DNA from: Mobula hypostoma
Lineage: Eukaryota
Direction of reading: 5' to 3'
Length of the DNA stretch: 64,000 nucleotides
NCBI RefSeq assembly: GCF_963921235.1
Contig: NC_086097.1
Span: 99,636,001 to 99,700,000 of the forward strand
In this document: piece after piece, positions 13,606 to 25,750 of the stretch
Layout: every line of letters begins with the position of its first letter
Numbering within the stretch: the first letter of the stretch is position 1
Notes under the pieces: model-generated
What the model saw: the letters and a program-made list of their open reading frames with translations, nothing else
The model's database searches: none
Told to the model about the DNA's origin: nothing
Position numbers and translations under genes: made by a program

Positions 13606-14414
13606 TATGACCTCTAGTTGTAGTCTCACCCAACCTCTATGGAAAATGTCTGTTTGCATTTATCCTGTAATCACTCTTCATAATTGTGTGTACCTCTATC
13701 AAATCTCCCCTCACTCTAGGGATAAAGTCCTAACCTATTTAACCCTTCCCTGTACCTCAGGTCTTTAGGTCCCAGCAAACTCCTTGCAGGTTCGAGAACA
13801 GCTACTTCCCTGCAACTATTTGGGTCTTGACTCAAGGGGCAAAACCCTAATCACTAGAATATAGCAACAAAATAATCACTTTGCACTGAAATCTTGCTCT
13901 TAACTAATGCCTTTTTGTTTTTGTTTTTATTTTCATGATTGCATTTTATCCCATGGTAGAGCACTTTGAACCACATCGTGTATAAACTCTATAAATAAAT
14001 TATTATTATTATTAAAATTGACTCATTTTTGTTCTGCTTGTCTGCTTGTAAAAATTGCGTATAATTATATTTTGCTTGTGAATGCTTCTTATACGGCGCA
14101 ATGTGCATGTGGTGTTGCGGCAAGTAAGGTTTTTTGTTGCATTAGACTTTGATTTGCACATTCACCTTGGTCTCCCCAGACTGACCATTGTGACCCCAGT
14201 CGGCCCACACTGACCGTAGTGACTACGGTCACCTCACACTGAGACTGATGACCCCACATTGACCCTCACACACCGGTCCAACACTGACCACTGGCCTGCA
14301 TCAGGGAGCGTGGCGTCCCCTGGAACTCAAGGCGAGCGGAGATGCAAAGGAGGCCGGCTGCTTTTTAAAAAATGAAGGAATTTCTTCCCGAGCCGCAAGA
14401 GAGCGACCGGCGCC

Positions 14415-14418
14415 AAAA
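14415..14418 (-). terminator. Pol III terminator (TTTT) of tRNA-Ser
   Basis: T4 about 20 nt after the tRNA 3' end; a longer T run lies near 14367-14372. Confidence 0.6.
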
Positions 14419-14437
14419 GGAGGCCCCAGCGGGGCCA

Positions 14438-14519
14438 CGACGAGGATGGGATTCGAACCCACGCGTGCAGAGCACAATGGATTAGCAGTCCATCGCCTTA
14501 ACCACTCGGCCACCTCGTC
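14438..14519 (-). tRNA. tRNA-Ser (anticodon GCT), 82 nt
   Basis: Reverse complement GACGAGGTGGCCGAGTGGTTAAGGCGATGGACTGCTAATCCATTGTGCTCTGCACGCGTGGGTTCGAATCCCATCCTCGTCG. A and B boxes, long variable arm, paired acceptor stem. Confidence 0.97.
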
Positions 14520-14720
14520 ACCGGATGCAGAGCTATCGAGCGCGCGCCCCATAAGGATTCCCGCCTTCCGCCCCGCCCCGCCTCCTGCCCTTCCCATTGG
14601 CTGTCGTTGGCTGACTGGCAGCCGAAGCCGGCGTCGACCCGAGCTGCTGGGAGAGCGCAGTCGGGTTTAATATCGCCGGCGTGTGTCCTGACATTTGTTG
14701 TTTCGCTGCAGTGGAGTGAG
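14520..14720 (+). promoter_or_regulatory. CpG-rich promoter-like region (clustered GC boxes 14560-14585, inverted CCAAT 14596-14600)
   Basis: Tandem CCGCCC/CCGCCT, ATTGGCT and high CpG density. Direction is inferred and the target gene is unknown. Confidence 0.5.
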
Positions 14721-15260
14721 AATAAATCACCATCAAGTACAAAAGGGAAACTCAGCACCCTCCCCTTTCACCTTAAACTTTTGAATTCTAGTTTTAGGCT
14801 CCCTAGCCTTGAAAAAGACTATGACCATCACCTACCTTATCTCTGACCCTGATGATTGTATGCAACTCTGCAATAGCACCCCTCAATCCAAAGAAAAGCA
14901 TCTAGTCATTGTCACTTTCTGCTACAGACAATAATAAGTACTTCATTGATCCCCCCGGGGAATTCTTTCGTTACAGCAGTAACATTTAAAAACACACTTA
15001 GCAGTGTACAGACTTAACCAATAATAAAATATAGAACAATAATAATAGTAATGGCCACTTTTTACGGGGTTGGGTTATGTTTTGTAACTCCACTAACTAA
15101 TTGAAAGAAAAACACAGGAGCAGGAAGACTTGCCTACTTTATTCTTTCCTTTGTTTTTAGTCAGGCACTCACATATGAAGTGGTGATATAATGATGTAAA
15201 CCATTCATGTACTCCTTACACAATTCAATATAGAATGCATCTCAACTCAAATATGTAACG

Positions 15261-15491
15261 CAAACACCAGGAATTCTGCAGATGCTGGAAATTCAAGCAA
15301 CACACATCAAAGTTGCTGGTGAACGCAGCAGGCCAAGCAGCATCTATAGGAAGAGGCGCAGTCGATGTTTCAGGCCGAGACCCTTCGTCAGCGTCCTGAC
15401 GAAGGGTCTCGGCCTGAAACATCGACTGCGCCTCTTCCTATAGATGCTGCTTGGCCTGCTGCGTTCACCAGCAACTTTGATGTGTGTTGCT
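15261..15491. mobile_element. Penelope-derived foldback mini-element (96-bp perfect inverted arms) in the Gypsy 3' LTR
   Basis: Arms 15296-15391 and 15396-15491, loop cgtc. Flanking direct repeat ctcaaatatgtaacg (15246-15260, 15490-15504). Same sequence family as the termini of the 56330-59338 element. Confidence 0.9.
15393..15426 (+). ncRNA. Minimal type I hammerhead ribozyme motif
   Basis: gtc-CTGACGA-agggtctcggcct-GAAAC-ATC-gac: conserved core, stem II, short stem I. Confidence 0.6.
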
Positions 15492-15521
15492 CAAATATGT
15501 AACGTATTGCTATCTAGTCAT

Positions 15522-15563
15522 TATACATATATATCCACACACATACACACATATATGTGTGTG

Positions 15564-15600
<37 letters not shown>
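15522..15600. repeat. Compound (TA)/(CA)/(TG) microsatellite in the Gypsy LTR
   Basis: Directly visible. Confidence 0.85.
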
Positions 15601-18600
15601 ACGGTATACTATATAATACAACTCCTATATAGACATCCACAGCATAGTAAATTTTGAATTAACCCATCCCATTCAGGCCTAAAGAGTTATTTTCTTGTGG
15701 AGGACTTCTTGTTGGATAATGTCTTTCCTGACCAGCGGGCGCTGCTCTGCTTGGCATGTGAGACTTGTGGCTGTGAAACAATCTCAGGTTCTCAGGGCTC
15801 CTCCATGATGGCTGTAGGCATTGACTTTGAGACTTCAGGAAGTGGTTCTGACACCTCTGGACACATTTCTTCTCTAACAATTGACTCTGCTCTCCTCAAC
15901 TGATCAACATGTCGCCTCCCGATGATATCAGATGCATTCTCCACTGTGTAGGAGAGTGGTCCAGTTCTGTCCTTAATCTTTCCTTCTTTTGATCATCTCT
16001 GTAGTTCCTCATTGGGACTGACTGTCCAGGAGTGAAACATCGAACCTCCTTGTTTGAGGAGACCTCAATTTGTCTCTACTGTGTGTCCTACTTACTCCTG
16101 AGACTGGGTTTGAGGAGATCCAAGTGTGAGCCTAAGGGACAAACCAGGAGCAGCATAGCAGGTGGGCTGTTGGTTGTGGAGTGCGCTGCGTTGCCATATC
16201 CATACAGGAAATCGGCGAGCTTCTGATTCAATGTAATGTAATGTAACTCTGCTGACATTGCTCACAGTGTGTTGTTTAGACTCTGGACAAACAAGCCATT
16301 TGTAGCTGGGTGGTACAGTGCAGATGTAATATGTCTTATTCCATTCATTTTCAGCAATGACTGAAACTGTGTTCCCCTGTCACTGACAAAGTGTTCTGGA
16401 ACACCAGCCTTTGAGAAGAGGCTTCTCAACACATCGACAGTGTGCAAAGGCTGCAGTGAAGGCTAATGGAAACATTTCTGGCCACGTTGCAATGACTGAA
16501 ACTGTTCCACAACAAACTGTGGTCCATTGTCACTGACTAAGTATTCTGGAACACCTGTCTTTGAGATGAAGCTTCTCAACACATCAACAGTGTGGAGGCT
16601 GTACTGGAGGCCAATGGGAACCACTTCGTAGCTGCTTCCACTACAATCAGGAAATTTATGCCCCTGAATGGTCCAAAAACATCCACATGAATCCTCTGCC
16701 AGGGCAATGCAGGCCAATCTCCGGTCACCAGACAAAGCTTGAAGTCAACACCTTCATTTTGACCACACCTAAATGACCGGCAGCTTCTCCAACATTTCAG
16801 CTCTCAACTTGGACAGTACAAAAATTCCCAGTCCCCACATAAGGCAACCCCTGCCAAGGGCAAAGCTCATCCCAGTGCTGGTAAAAAAAATGGGGAACAG
16901 GAATTTCTGCTGCACATTCCAGCTATTTTTGTTTTCCATGTAACACTGAGACAGTGTGGGGTCTTGCCTGGTTTCCCTTTGGATCATCCCTGGCATAATA
17001 GGGAGACTTTCCATTGCTTTAGCGAATATATGTCCAGAGGAGCGTCCTCTTTTGTATATTTTTCAGGTATTTCCTTTTCCAAGTGCAAACGTGATAATCC
17101 ATCAACATTTCCCATTGTAAACATGATAATCCATCAGAACTTCTATGCTCAGCTGTCCTTTTGAATTTGATCTTGTAATTACCGTATGAAACAGAGCCCA
17201 TCTCTGCATTTGTGCTCCTGCTGTTAGTGGATCACCCTTCTGTGGATTGAAGATGGACACCAGTGGTTGATAATCAGAAATAAGGGTAAACTCTCTCCCA
17301 TACAAGTACTGGATGAAATGTTTTACACCCTAAACAAGACATGGCCTCTCTGTCAACTGTGGATAATTTTCCTCCATTGCAATAAGGGAATGTGATGCAA
17401 AGGCAATGGGGCATTCGCCCCCACCAGCCATAACATGACATGACTGCACCTATACCATAAGGCAAGGCATCACAGGCAAGTTTCACAGGACAGCATGGAC
17501 CATAACGTATGAGCACCGTGTCTGATGTCACCACTTCCTTTGCTTTTTGGAAAGCCACCTCACACTGCTTTGTCCATTGCCATTTCTTCCCGATCTGTAG
17601 TAACAAGTTCAAGCGTTGGGGCACAATAGCCAGCTTTGGCAGGAATCTACTATAGTAATTGACAAATCCAAACAAGGACTGCAACATTTACATATCTTTT
17701 GGCTTTGGGGCATCCACCACTGCTTGACTTTTCTCAGCACACTTGTGTAAAGCTTGTGTGTCAATGAGTGATGCTTGGTTTAAACAATTCACACTTGCTG
17801 CAACATGCTCTGAGCCCATAATCTTCTGATCTTTTTAACACTGTCTTGACATTTTGTCATCCTCGCCAGTAACAATGATGTCATCCAGGTAACACTGAGT
17901 GCATGGGCACCCGTTCAGCACCTGGTCCATAACTTTCTGACAGAGTGCAGGTGCAGATACTACTCCGGAAATAAGCCTGTTACAGCGATAAAGCTCTTTA
18001 TGAGTGTTTATGGTGTGAAACACTTTGCGTTCTTCTTCTTCCATCTTCATCTGTAAATTGGCTTCAGCTAAGTCCATTTTGCTAAAGTGTTTTCCTCCAG
18101 AAAGGTTTTCAAAGTTATCCTCTGTCCTGGGCAGATGGTATTAATCTACTTTCAGTACTGGGTTGATGGTGACCTTAAAATTACCCCATTTCCTCACAGA
18201 CCCACCCTCTTGGCTACTGGAACCATTGGTATTGCCCATGGGCTCCACTCAACCTTGGAAAGAATTCCTTCAGCCTCTATATGATCTGGCTCACTTTCTA
18301 CTTTATCACAAATGGTGTAAGGAATTATAAAACTAGTGTGTGACATTTTCATTTAATACTATTTTACCCTTGATATGTTTGAGTTTACCCATCATTGAGC
18401 ACTGTCGTGGCATTATCCAGTATCTTACTTAATTCGCTTTCAGTTGACTCTATTGCAGGGGATGTGACAGGCAAATGGTGGATGGATCTCCAATGAAGTT
18501 GTAGTTGTCTCAGCCAGTCACAGCCCCAATTATGGCCCGCCTGTGTTTACCACATACAAACCCAAACTGGCTTGTTAGCTGTTGTATTTCACTCTTTTTG

Positions 18601-18760
18601 GAGATACAATTTGACTTCTTATTTTTCACTTCCCTATGTAGACTATTTATTTTTGTCTGTCTGACATGCTCTTTATATGTGTCCTATTTTGTTGCATTTT
18701 CTGCAAGCTTCACCTTTAAACCTGCATCGGTCTTGAGCATTTAAGCCCCTGTGTTGATAG

Positions 18761-19638
18761 TGTGACAAGAATATACATAAATTAAGATGTTTGCTGGCCT
18801 GGGCTTGCACCAGTGGCATCAGCAGTGGTCTGCCACCTGTCCTCAGGGGAAGGAGAGATAAGGAACAATGAAGCAGCATCTGGAGATGTGTAATGAAGGG
18901 ACGGGAGAGAGAGCTGTCTAGAGCGGCTCCCCCTTTGAACCCTGAACTGTTTGAAGTGATGGACAGGCGATACCCCAGCAGGGGGATAAAAAGGGACAGG
19001 TTCGCTAAGGCAGGACACACACGACACTCGAGGTAACGAGACCCTGGAAGCGGTGCGCCTCCCATGAGTCGGTGGGAAGCTCTTCGACGGCTGATCGGGG
19101 GATCAGCCTTAAACGCACAGGGTGGAAAGGTACGATCAGCGGGAACCCGGTGTGTGTCCACCCTCGCTTGGGTGCCGGGTTCACTGCAGAGGATCGACCG
19201 CATCTGGAGGAGGGGTCACAGTTGGTGACCTCAGGTGACATCACAAAGGACTCACCCGAAAGCTACTTGTGAGCAATATCGCCGGTCTGTGAGTGGAAGC
19301 CGTTTCTGAATGATCAGTCGTTCTCGTTCTCTCTCTCCCTCCCCCCACGTTGTCCATCGTCATGGCATCGATTACTGCGAACTGAACTAAATCGGACTGA
19401 ACTTTTGTGTCACTTTGAAATTGGTCATTTACCCCTAGACAACGATAGAGCTTGATTGATGCTGTTATCTTAATTCTGTGCACTTGTGTTTATGATTGCT
19501 GAACTGTTGCATTTATTATCCTTTCGATTACTGTGTTGCTTGTTTCTTTAATAAAACTTACTTAGTTCTAGTAATCCAGACTCCAACTGAGTGATCCATT
19601 TCTGCTGGTTTGGCAACCCAGTTACGGGGTACGTAACA
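18761..19638 (+). mobile_element. Solo LTR inserted into the Gypsy gag region
   Basis: TGTGAC...GTAACA termini, internal AATAAA near 19550, CpG-rich. It interrupts the gag Cys-His region. No clean TSD. Confidence 0.75.
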
Positions 19639-21369
19639 TAAGCAACACAATTTGTTCGGCCAGCCAGGTTTCTGTTTAGGTATTGCAATTTTGTTCACAC
19701 TCACTTTCATTCCTGACTGCAACTCAAATGCATTTCTGTCTGCTGTTTCCATTGATACAGTGATTTCAACTGCTTCTTTAAATGTGTGCTGTGCTTCTGT
19801 TAAGAGCCACTTTTAAATGCTGTCTTGTAAGATTTCGCAAACTAACTGATCTCTCAGTGCTTCATTAACCCCATCACTAAACTGACGACACTCAGGCAAT
19901 TTCTTCAATTCAGCCACATAAAGTGAATTGGACTCCCCTTCCTTTTGATTCCACCTATAAAACCTAAAGCGTTCTGCAATCAACAATTGTTTTGGTTCTA
20001 AATGTTCCTGCATTACCTTCACGATATTAGCAAAACTCATTTTGACTAGCTTGGTTGGAGTGGTTAAACTCCTAAACATACTGTATGCTTTTCCATCCAT
20101 TGCACTCAGTAACACCGGCACTTGTTTTTCATTGGTTATTTCATTTGCTTCAAAATACTGCTCAATTTATTCTGTATATATCATCCAGTTATCTATCGTG
20201 CAATCCACAACATCCATCTTTCCCAAAAGAGCAGGCTATTTCTGGTTTATCATCATTATTATGTTTGTTAATTTTGTCTGTTTTCTGCCCTATTTTAACT
20301 CTAACATCTCTCGCCTCTTCCCCACCATCCTCCCCCCACCCCCACCCCCCACTTCCAAAGTTAAACATGCTGTACTTTAACAGGTTGGTAGTCTCGGGTT
20401 CATCTTAAAGCTTCCTTGTCACCACCATTGTGTTTTGTAACTCTAGAAACTAATAGAAAGAAAAACACAGGACTCTTGTCTACTTAGTTTTGTTTTCCTT
20501 TTTTTTTAAAGCCATAGTCATAGTCACACTTTATTGATCCCGGAGGAAACTGGTTTTCGTTACAGTTGCACCATAAATAATTAAATAGTAATAAAACCAT
20601 AAATAGTTAAATAGTAATTTTTTAATTATGCCAAGAAATAAGTCCAGGACCAGCCTATTGGCTCAGGGAGGTGTATACTTCTTAAATATAACACATAATG
20701 AATTATGTAAACAAAAACTGCATAATCAAACAATATATTTACAATATTACTCAAATATTACTGAAATATTAAATGCACTACAGGGTGAAAGGGGTTAAAA
20801 TCTGAGCACCACAAGCTGGTCCAACAATTATTGCCCATGAGGTAATGATAAGCTGCTTTCTCGAAGTGCAGTCTTTCTGCCGAAGGTGCTCCCACAACAT
20901 AATTCCAAGATTTACACCTGGTGATGATGAAGCAAGGGTGATATATTTAAAGAGAGAGAGAGAACAAAACTATTAGCCTGACATCAGTAGTAGACAAAAT
21001 GCTGGAGTCTAAAAGATTAACAGAATTGGACAGAGATAACGTGGACTTATGGAAGAAAAATTGCATTTAATTAACCAAGTGGAAAAAAGAAGGAACCAGT
21101 CAGTGTGGCGCATTTGAATTTACAGAAGGCCTTTGATAAGGACCCTTGGTTTGCAAATGAGGTTAGAGCACATGGAACTGTAGTAATACATAGACAGTGA
21201 GTGAAAGTTATTTATTGGACAAAAAGCAAACAGCCAGGAATAAGCATCACAGGCTTTCATGGTCTAATCTGGCTTTGGGGAACCAATTGCCACATTACCA
21301 GGTTCCTGGATGACACAAATCTAGGTGGGATTGTGAATAGGGAGAAAGGCATATATAAAACAAAAAGAC

Positions 21370-22355
21370 CACCAGACTATAAGTTACGGGAGCAAAATTA
21401 GACCATGTGACCCATTGAGTCTCCACCATCATTCGAACATGGCCGATTTATTAACCCTCTCAACCCCATTCTCCTGCCTTCTCCCCTAACCTTTGATGCT
21501 CTTACTAATCAAGAACCTGTCAACCTCTGCTTTAAATAAACCCAATAACTTGGCATCCACAGCCATCTGTGGCAATGAATTCCAAAGATCCACCACTCTC
21601 TAGCTAGAGAAATTCCTACTCATCTCTGTTCTAAAGAGATGCCCATCTATTCCAGTCCAAGATTTCCCCACTTTTGGAAGCATCCACTCTACATCCCCCC
21701 TCAACTCCAGCAAGTATGGGCCCAGAGCCATCAAATACTCATGTGTTAACCCTTTCATTCCCAGGATCATTCTGAAATTGGAAAGGGTCCTCTTCTGGAC
21801 CCTTTCCAATTTCAGCATATCCTTTCTTAGATAAGGGGCCCAAGATTCCTCACAATGCTTCAAGTGTGACCCGACTAATACCATTACATCCTTACATTCA
21901 GATTACATCTTTGCTTTTATATTCTAGTCCTCTTGAAGTGATTGTTATAATTGATTTGCTTTCCTTGCCATTGACTCAACATGTAAGTTGACCTTTAGGG
22001 AATCCTGCATAAGGATTCCCAAGTCCCTTTTCACCTCTGATTTCAGAATGTTCTCCCCATTTAGAAAATAGTCTACACTATTATTCCTTCGACCAAAGTA
22101 CATAACCATACACTGCCCTGCACCACATTCTATCTGCCATTTCTTTGCCCATTCTCCTAATCTGTCTAAGTCCTTCTGCAGACTCCCTGCTTCCTCAACA
22201 CTACCTGCCCCTCCACCTATATTTGTATAGTCCGCAAACTTGGCCACAAAGCCATCAATTTTGTCATCCAAATCATTGACAAATAATGTGAAAAGAAGTA
22301 GTCCCAACACCAAACTGTGTGGGACATGAATAGTCATTGGCAGCCAACCAGCTTC
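21370..22355 (-). mobile_element. Decayed CR1 RT/3' fragment
   Basis: LFVNDLD, KFADYT, LQKDLDRLGEWA in ORF 21945-22412; CR1 tail. Confidence 0.85.
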
Positions 22356-24169
22356 ACAGGCTTGTACACAAACCAGATTCAGATGAATTATAATATGAAA
22401 GTTGAAAGTCAAGTTTCAAGTCAGATGTAATGAAAAATGTACTTGCAGCAGTATCAAAAGCATCATATTAGTAACATTCACATGAAAACCAAATTAATCA
22501 TAAATTATAAGCATTTTACAAGAAAACACAATTAGAAGGAAAAAACTACTTCATTTTAGTGCAAGGTGGACAAAATGGTCACAGTGTTACTAAACTGTAG
22601 TGATTTGGTTTGAGAACTGATTAATTGAAGGGAAGTTGTTGTTCTTGAACCTGGTGCTGTGGGACTTCACGTTCCTGTACCTCCTGCCCAACGGTAGCCA
22701 CACGAAGAAATAATCCACTGTGGTGTACAAACAAAAAAGCAGAGTAATTTTTAAATTGTTAGAGTTTAGATAATGTTCGAAGGGTTGTAGGTGTCACTGA
22801 AAACCAAAATGCAAGTGCAGCAAATATTGATTTTTAGAACAAGAGGATTTGAGTAGTATTAATGTCTGACAGCCATTATGTAGGGCTTTGTTAAGAACAT
22901 GCCTGAAAAATTTTCACAGTTTTGGTCTCCTTACCTTAAAAAGTTATAGGTGCCACAGAAGGAGTACAAGAACTCACTTGGCATGTCTATATTCTCTGGA
23001 GTTTAGAAGAATGAGAGACCTACAAACAACAATATTTTTGTAGGGCTCAACAGGCTAGATGCAGAGAGGCTGTCTCAATCAGCTGAGGAGTTCAGGATCA
23101 GACTCAAGTCTCAGAGGAATTTAGGACTAAGATGAGAAGAAATTTCTCCACACAGAACCTGATGAATCTTTGAAATTCTCCATCTCAGAAGCTCAGTTAA
23201 AGGACCAAAGGATGTAGAAGTAGAGCAAGAATGCAGTTTTAAGGTGACAGTTCAGCATTCTCTTGATAAATCAAACTTTACTCCCATTCTTAATGCAAGT
23301 CAGCTACTTGAGTTCAACCTGAAGGTGGCAGTGTTCCCTTTCATCTGCTGTTCGTGTCCATCTGCTTGTGCAGCAGTTGATGCAAGTAACTGCAGTGTAT
23401 TTGCAGATAGTGCACATTGATGCTCTGGTATGCCAATGATGGAAGAGTGGTAGATGAAGCCTTGATCTATCTGTTCTGTTAAGACACTTCTGCATCGTAC
23501 TTCTGAGATGCCCTCCTTTTTCCATAACTCCAGCTTTCTCTCCACAAGAGGTGACATTGCTCTTAATTGTATGTTCTTTTACCCACACTTCTGTCACCCA
23601 AAGTAAAGGTTGGGGGTGTTATTGAGAAAAGTGTGGTAAAGTAATCTACTTGACACTTCATTTTTTTCCCAGATTACCAATAGAAAGCATCTTTTCTGGA
23701 TGTGACAAAGCTTGGTGGTAACTGCACTGCACAAGACCACTTGAAGTTCAGAGTTGTAAATGCAGCCCCAGTCCATCACAAAATCCAGCCTCCCCTCCAT
23801 TCACTGTCACTCAATACTTCCCACTACCTCAAGATAACAACCAACATAGTCACGGACACCTCTCATCCAGGCCAATCTCCGTTCTCCATCTATCAAGCAG
23901 AAGATACATTAGTTTGAAATCATGTACCAGATTCAAGAGCTTCTAATCACTGTTTTAAGACTCTCAAATGGATTTCTTATATGATAAAGATGAACTCCTG
24001 ATCTCACCGTCACTTCCTCCGTAACACTATATTCTCATTTTTAATCCTTTTGCACTACCTTGATGTACTTATGTCTGGAAAGATGTGTCTGGATTTCATG
24101 CAAACAAAAGCTTTCCACTGTATGTGGTACAAGTAAATCAATAAACCAATTACCACCAGATCATCATCC

Positions 24170-25750
24170 ATAATTTTTGCTATCTTCAGTGAGGTCACCA
24201 CCAGACTCATCTTCCTTTGTGGTATTCAGAAAGGAAATTTCCTCCTGCAATTCTGCAAGTGAGAGGGACCTTGAAGTTTGTCGGGACAGTGTAAAACAGG
24301 CTGAACTACTGGAACATGCTTCTGTAAAGAAAGAGGATGTGCTGTAACTTTTGGAAACAATAAGATAATTCCCTGGAGCTGGATGTGATATATCTTGGGT
24401 TACCATGACAAGTGGGGTGGGGGGAAGAGAGAAAGAGATTGCTATGCTTTTTGTGATATTCTTTGCTTCCTCACTGGCCACAGAAGTAGTACCAGATTAC
24501 TGAAGGTCGGCAAACATTATTCCTTGCTCAATAAAGGGAGTAAGGATAACCTTGGGAATTGTAGACCAGTAAGTGTTGCTTTAGTGTGGGCAAATTATTG
24601 GAGAAGATTCTTAGAGCCAGGTTTATGAGTATTTGGAGCATACTTTTTATTTACCGATACAGCGCAGAGTAGGCCTTTAAGCAATGCTGCCCCAGCAACC
24701 CTCAACAACCCCAATTAATCCTAATCACAATTTACAATGATCCATTAACTTACCCAGTACATCTTTGGACTGTGGGAGGAAACCAGAGGACCTGGGGAAA
24801 ATCCACACATTCCACAGGGAAGATGCACGGAGACTCCTTGCAGAACAGTGCCGTAATTGAACTCTAAACTCCAGAATGCCCCGAGCTGTAATAGTGTTGT
24901 GCTGACCGTTACGCTACCATGGCAACAATTAACCCACCAGTTAATCTAATGGTCTAATAAGGAATAGTCAGCATGGCGTTGAGGGGCAGGTCATGCCTCA
25001 CCAGCCTGATTGACTACTTTGAGGATGTGACAAAGCACATTGATGAAGGTGGAGCAGTGGATGTAGTGGGTATGGACTTTAGTAAGGCATTTGCCAAGGT
25101 TCCCCATAGTAGACTCATTCAGAAAGTCAGGCGGCATGGAATCCAGTGAAACACAGCTATGCGGATTCAGAATTGGCTTGCTCATAGAAAGCAGATGAAG
25201 CCTATTCTGCCTGGAAGTCAGTGACCAGTGGTGTTGTGGGACCCCTGCTCTTTGTGATTTTTATACCTTGGATGAGAAAGTGGAAGGGTGGGTTAGTAAG
25301 TTAGCAGATGATACAAAGCTTGGTGGCATATAGAACGTTGTTGTAGGTTACAACAGGACATTGACAGGATGCAGAGCTGGGCTGAGAAGTGGTTCAGTTC
25401 AGAAAAAATATGAAGTGATACACTTTAGAAGGTTGAACATAAAGTCACAGTACATAGCTAATGGTAGGATTCTTAGCAGTGTGAGGAACACAGATCTTGG
25501 GATCTAGACCCATAGATCCCTCAAAGTTACCATGCAAGTTGATAGGGTGTTTAAAAAAGGGCGTATATTGTGATGGCCTTCATTAGTTGAGGGCCACAAA
25601 GTAATTTTGCAACTCTATAAAATACTAGTTAGACAACAGTTGGAGTATTGTGTCAGTTCTGGTTGCCTTATTATAGAAATGATGAACAAACTTTAGAGAG
25701 GGTGCAGAGCTTTGCCAGGATGCTGCCTGGATTTGAAAGTGTGTCTTTTG
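24170..25750 (+). mobile_element. Decayed CR1 ORF2 fragment with an internal repeat insertion (about 24640-24945)
   Basis: KGSKDNLGNCRPVS, cagcatggc, gactttagtaaggcatttg and gcagatgatac motifs. Confidence 0.8.

Larger units (their letters stand above)
15071..20782 (-). mobile_element. Decayed full-length Gypsy LTR retrotransposon (5' LTR about 20426-20782, PBS 20413-20424, gag-pol, 3' LTR about 15071-15620)
   Basis: Shared LTR sequence tgttttgtaactc...gaaagaaaaacacagga at 15078 and 20431. gag AERFRF and CRKCNKIGH; RT YLDD; RNase H LACDALPYGIG; integrase VSDNGPQF and HPATNG. Possible TSD gggt. Confidence 0.88.

Noticed and set aside
14301..14846. GC-rich ORFs overlapping the tRNA
   Set aside because: By-products of high GC content and the tRNA sequence; no protein motifs.
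18673..19203. 176-aa ORF ending in a zinc knuckle as a novel protein
   Set aside because: Read-through from the antisense strand of a solo LTR into a gag remnant.
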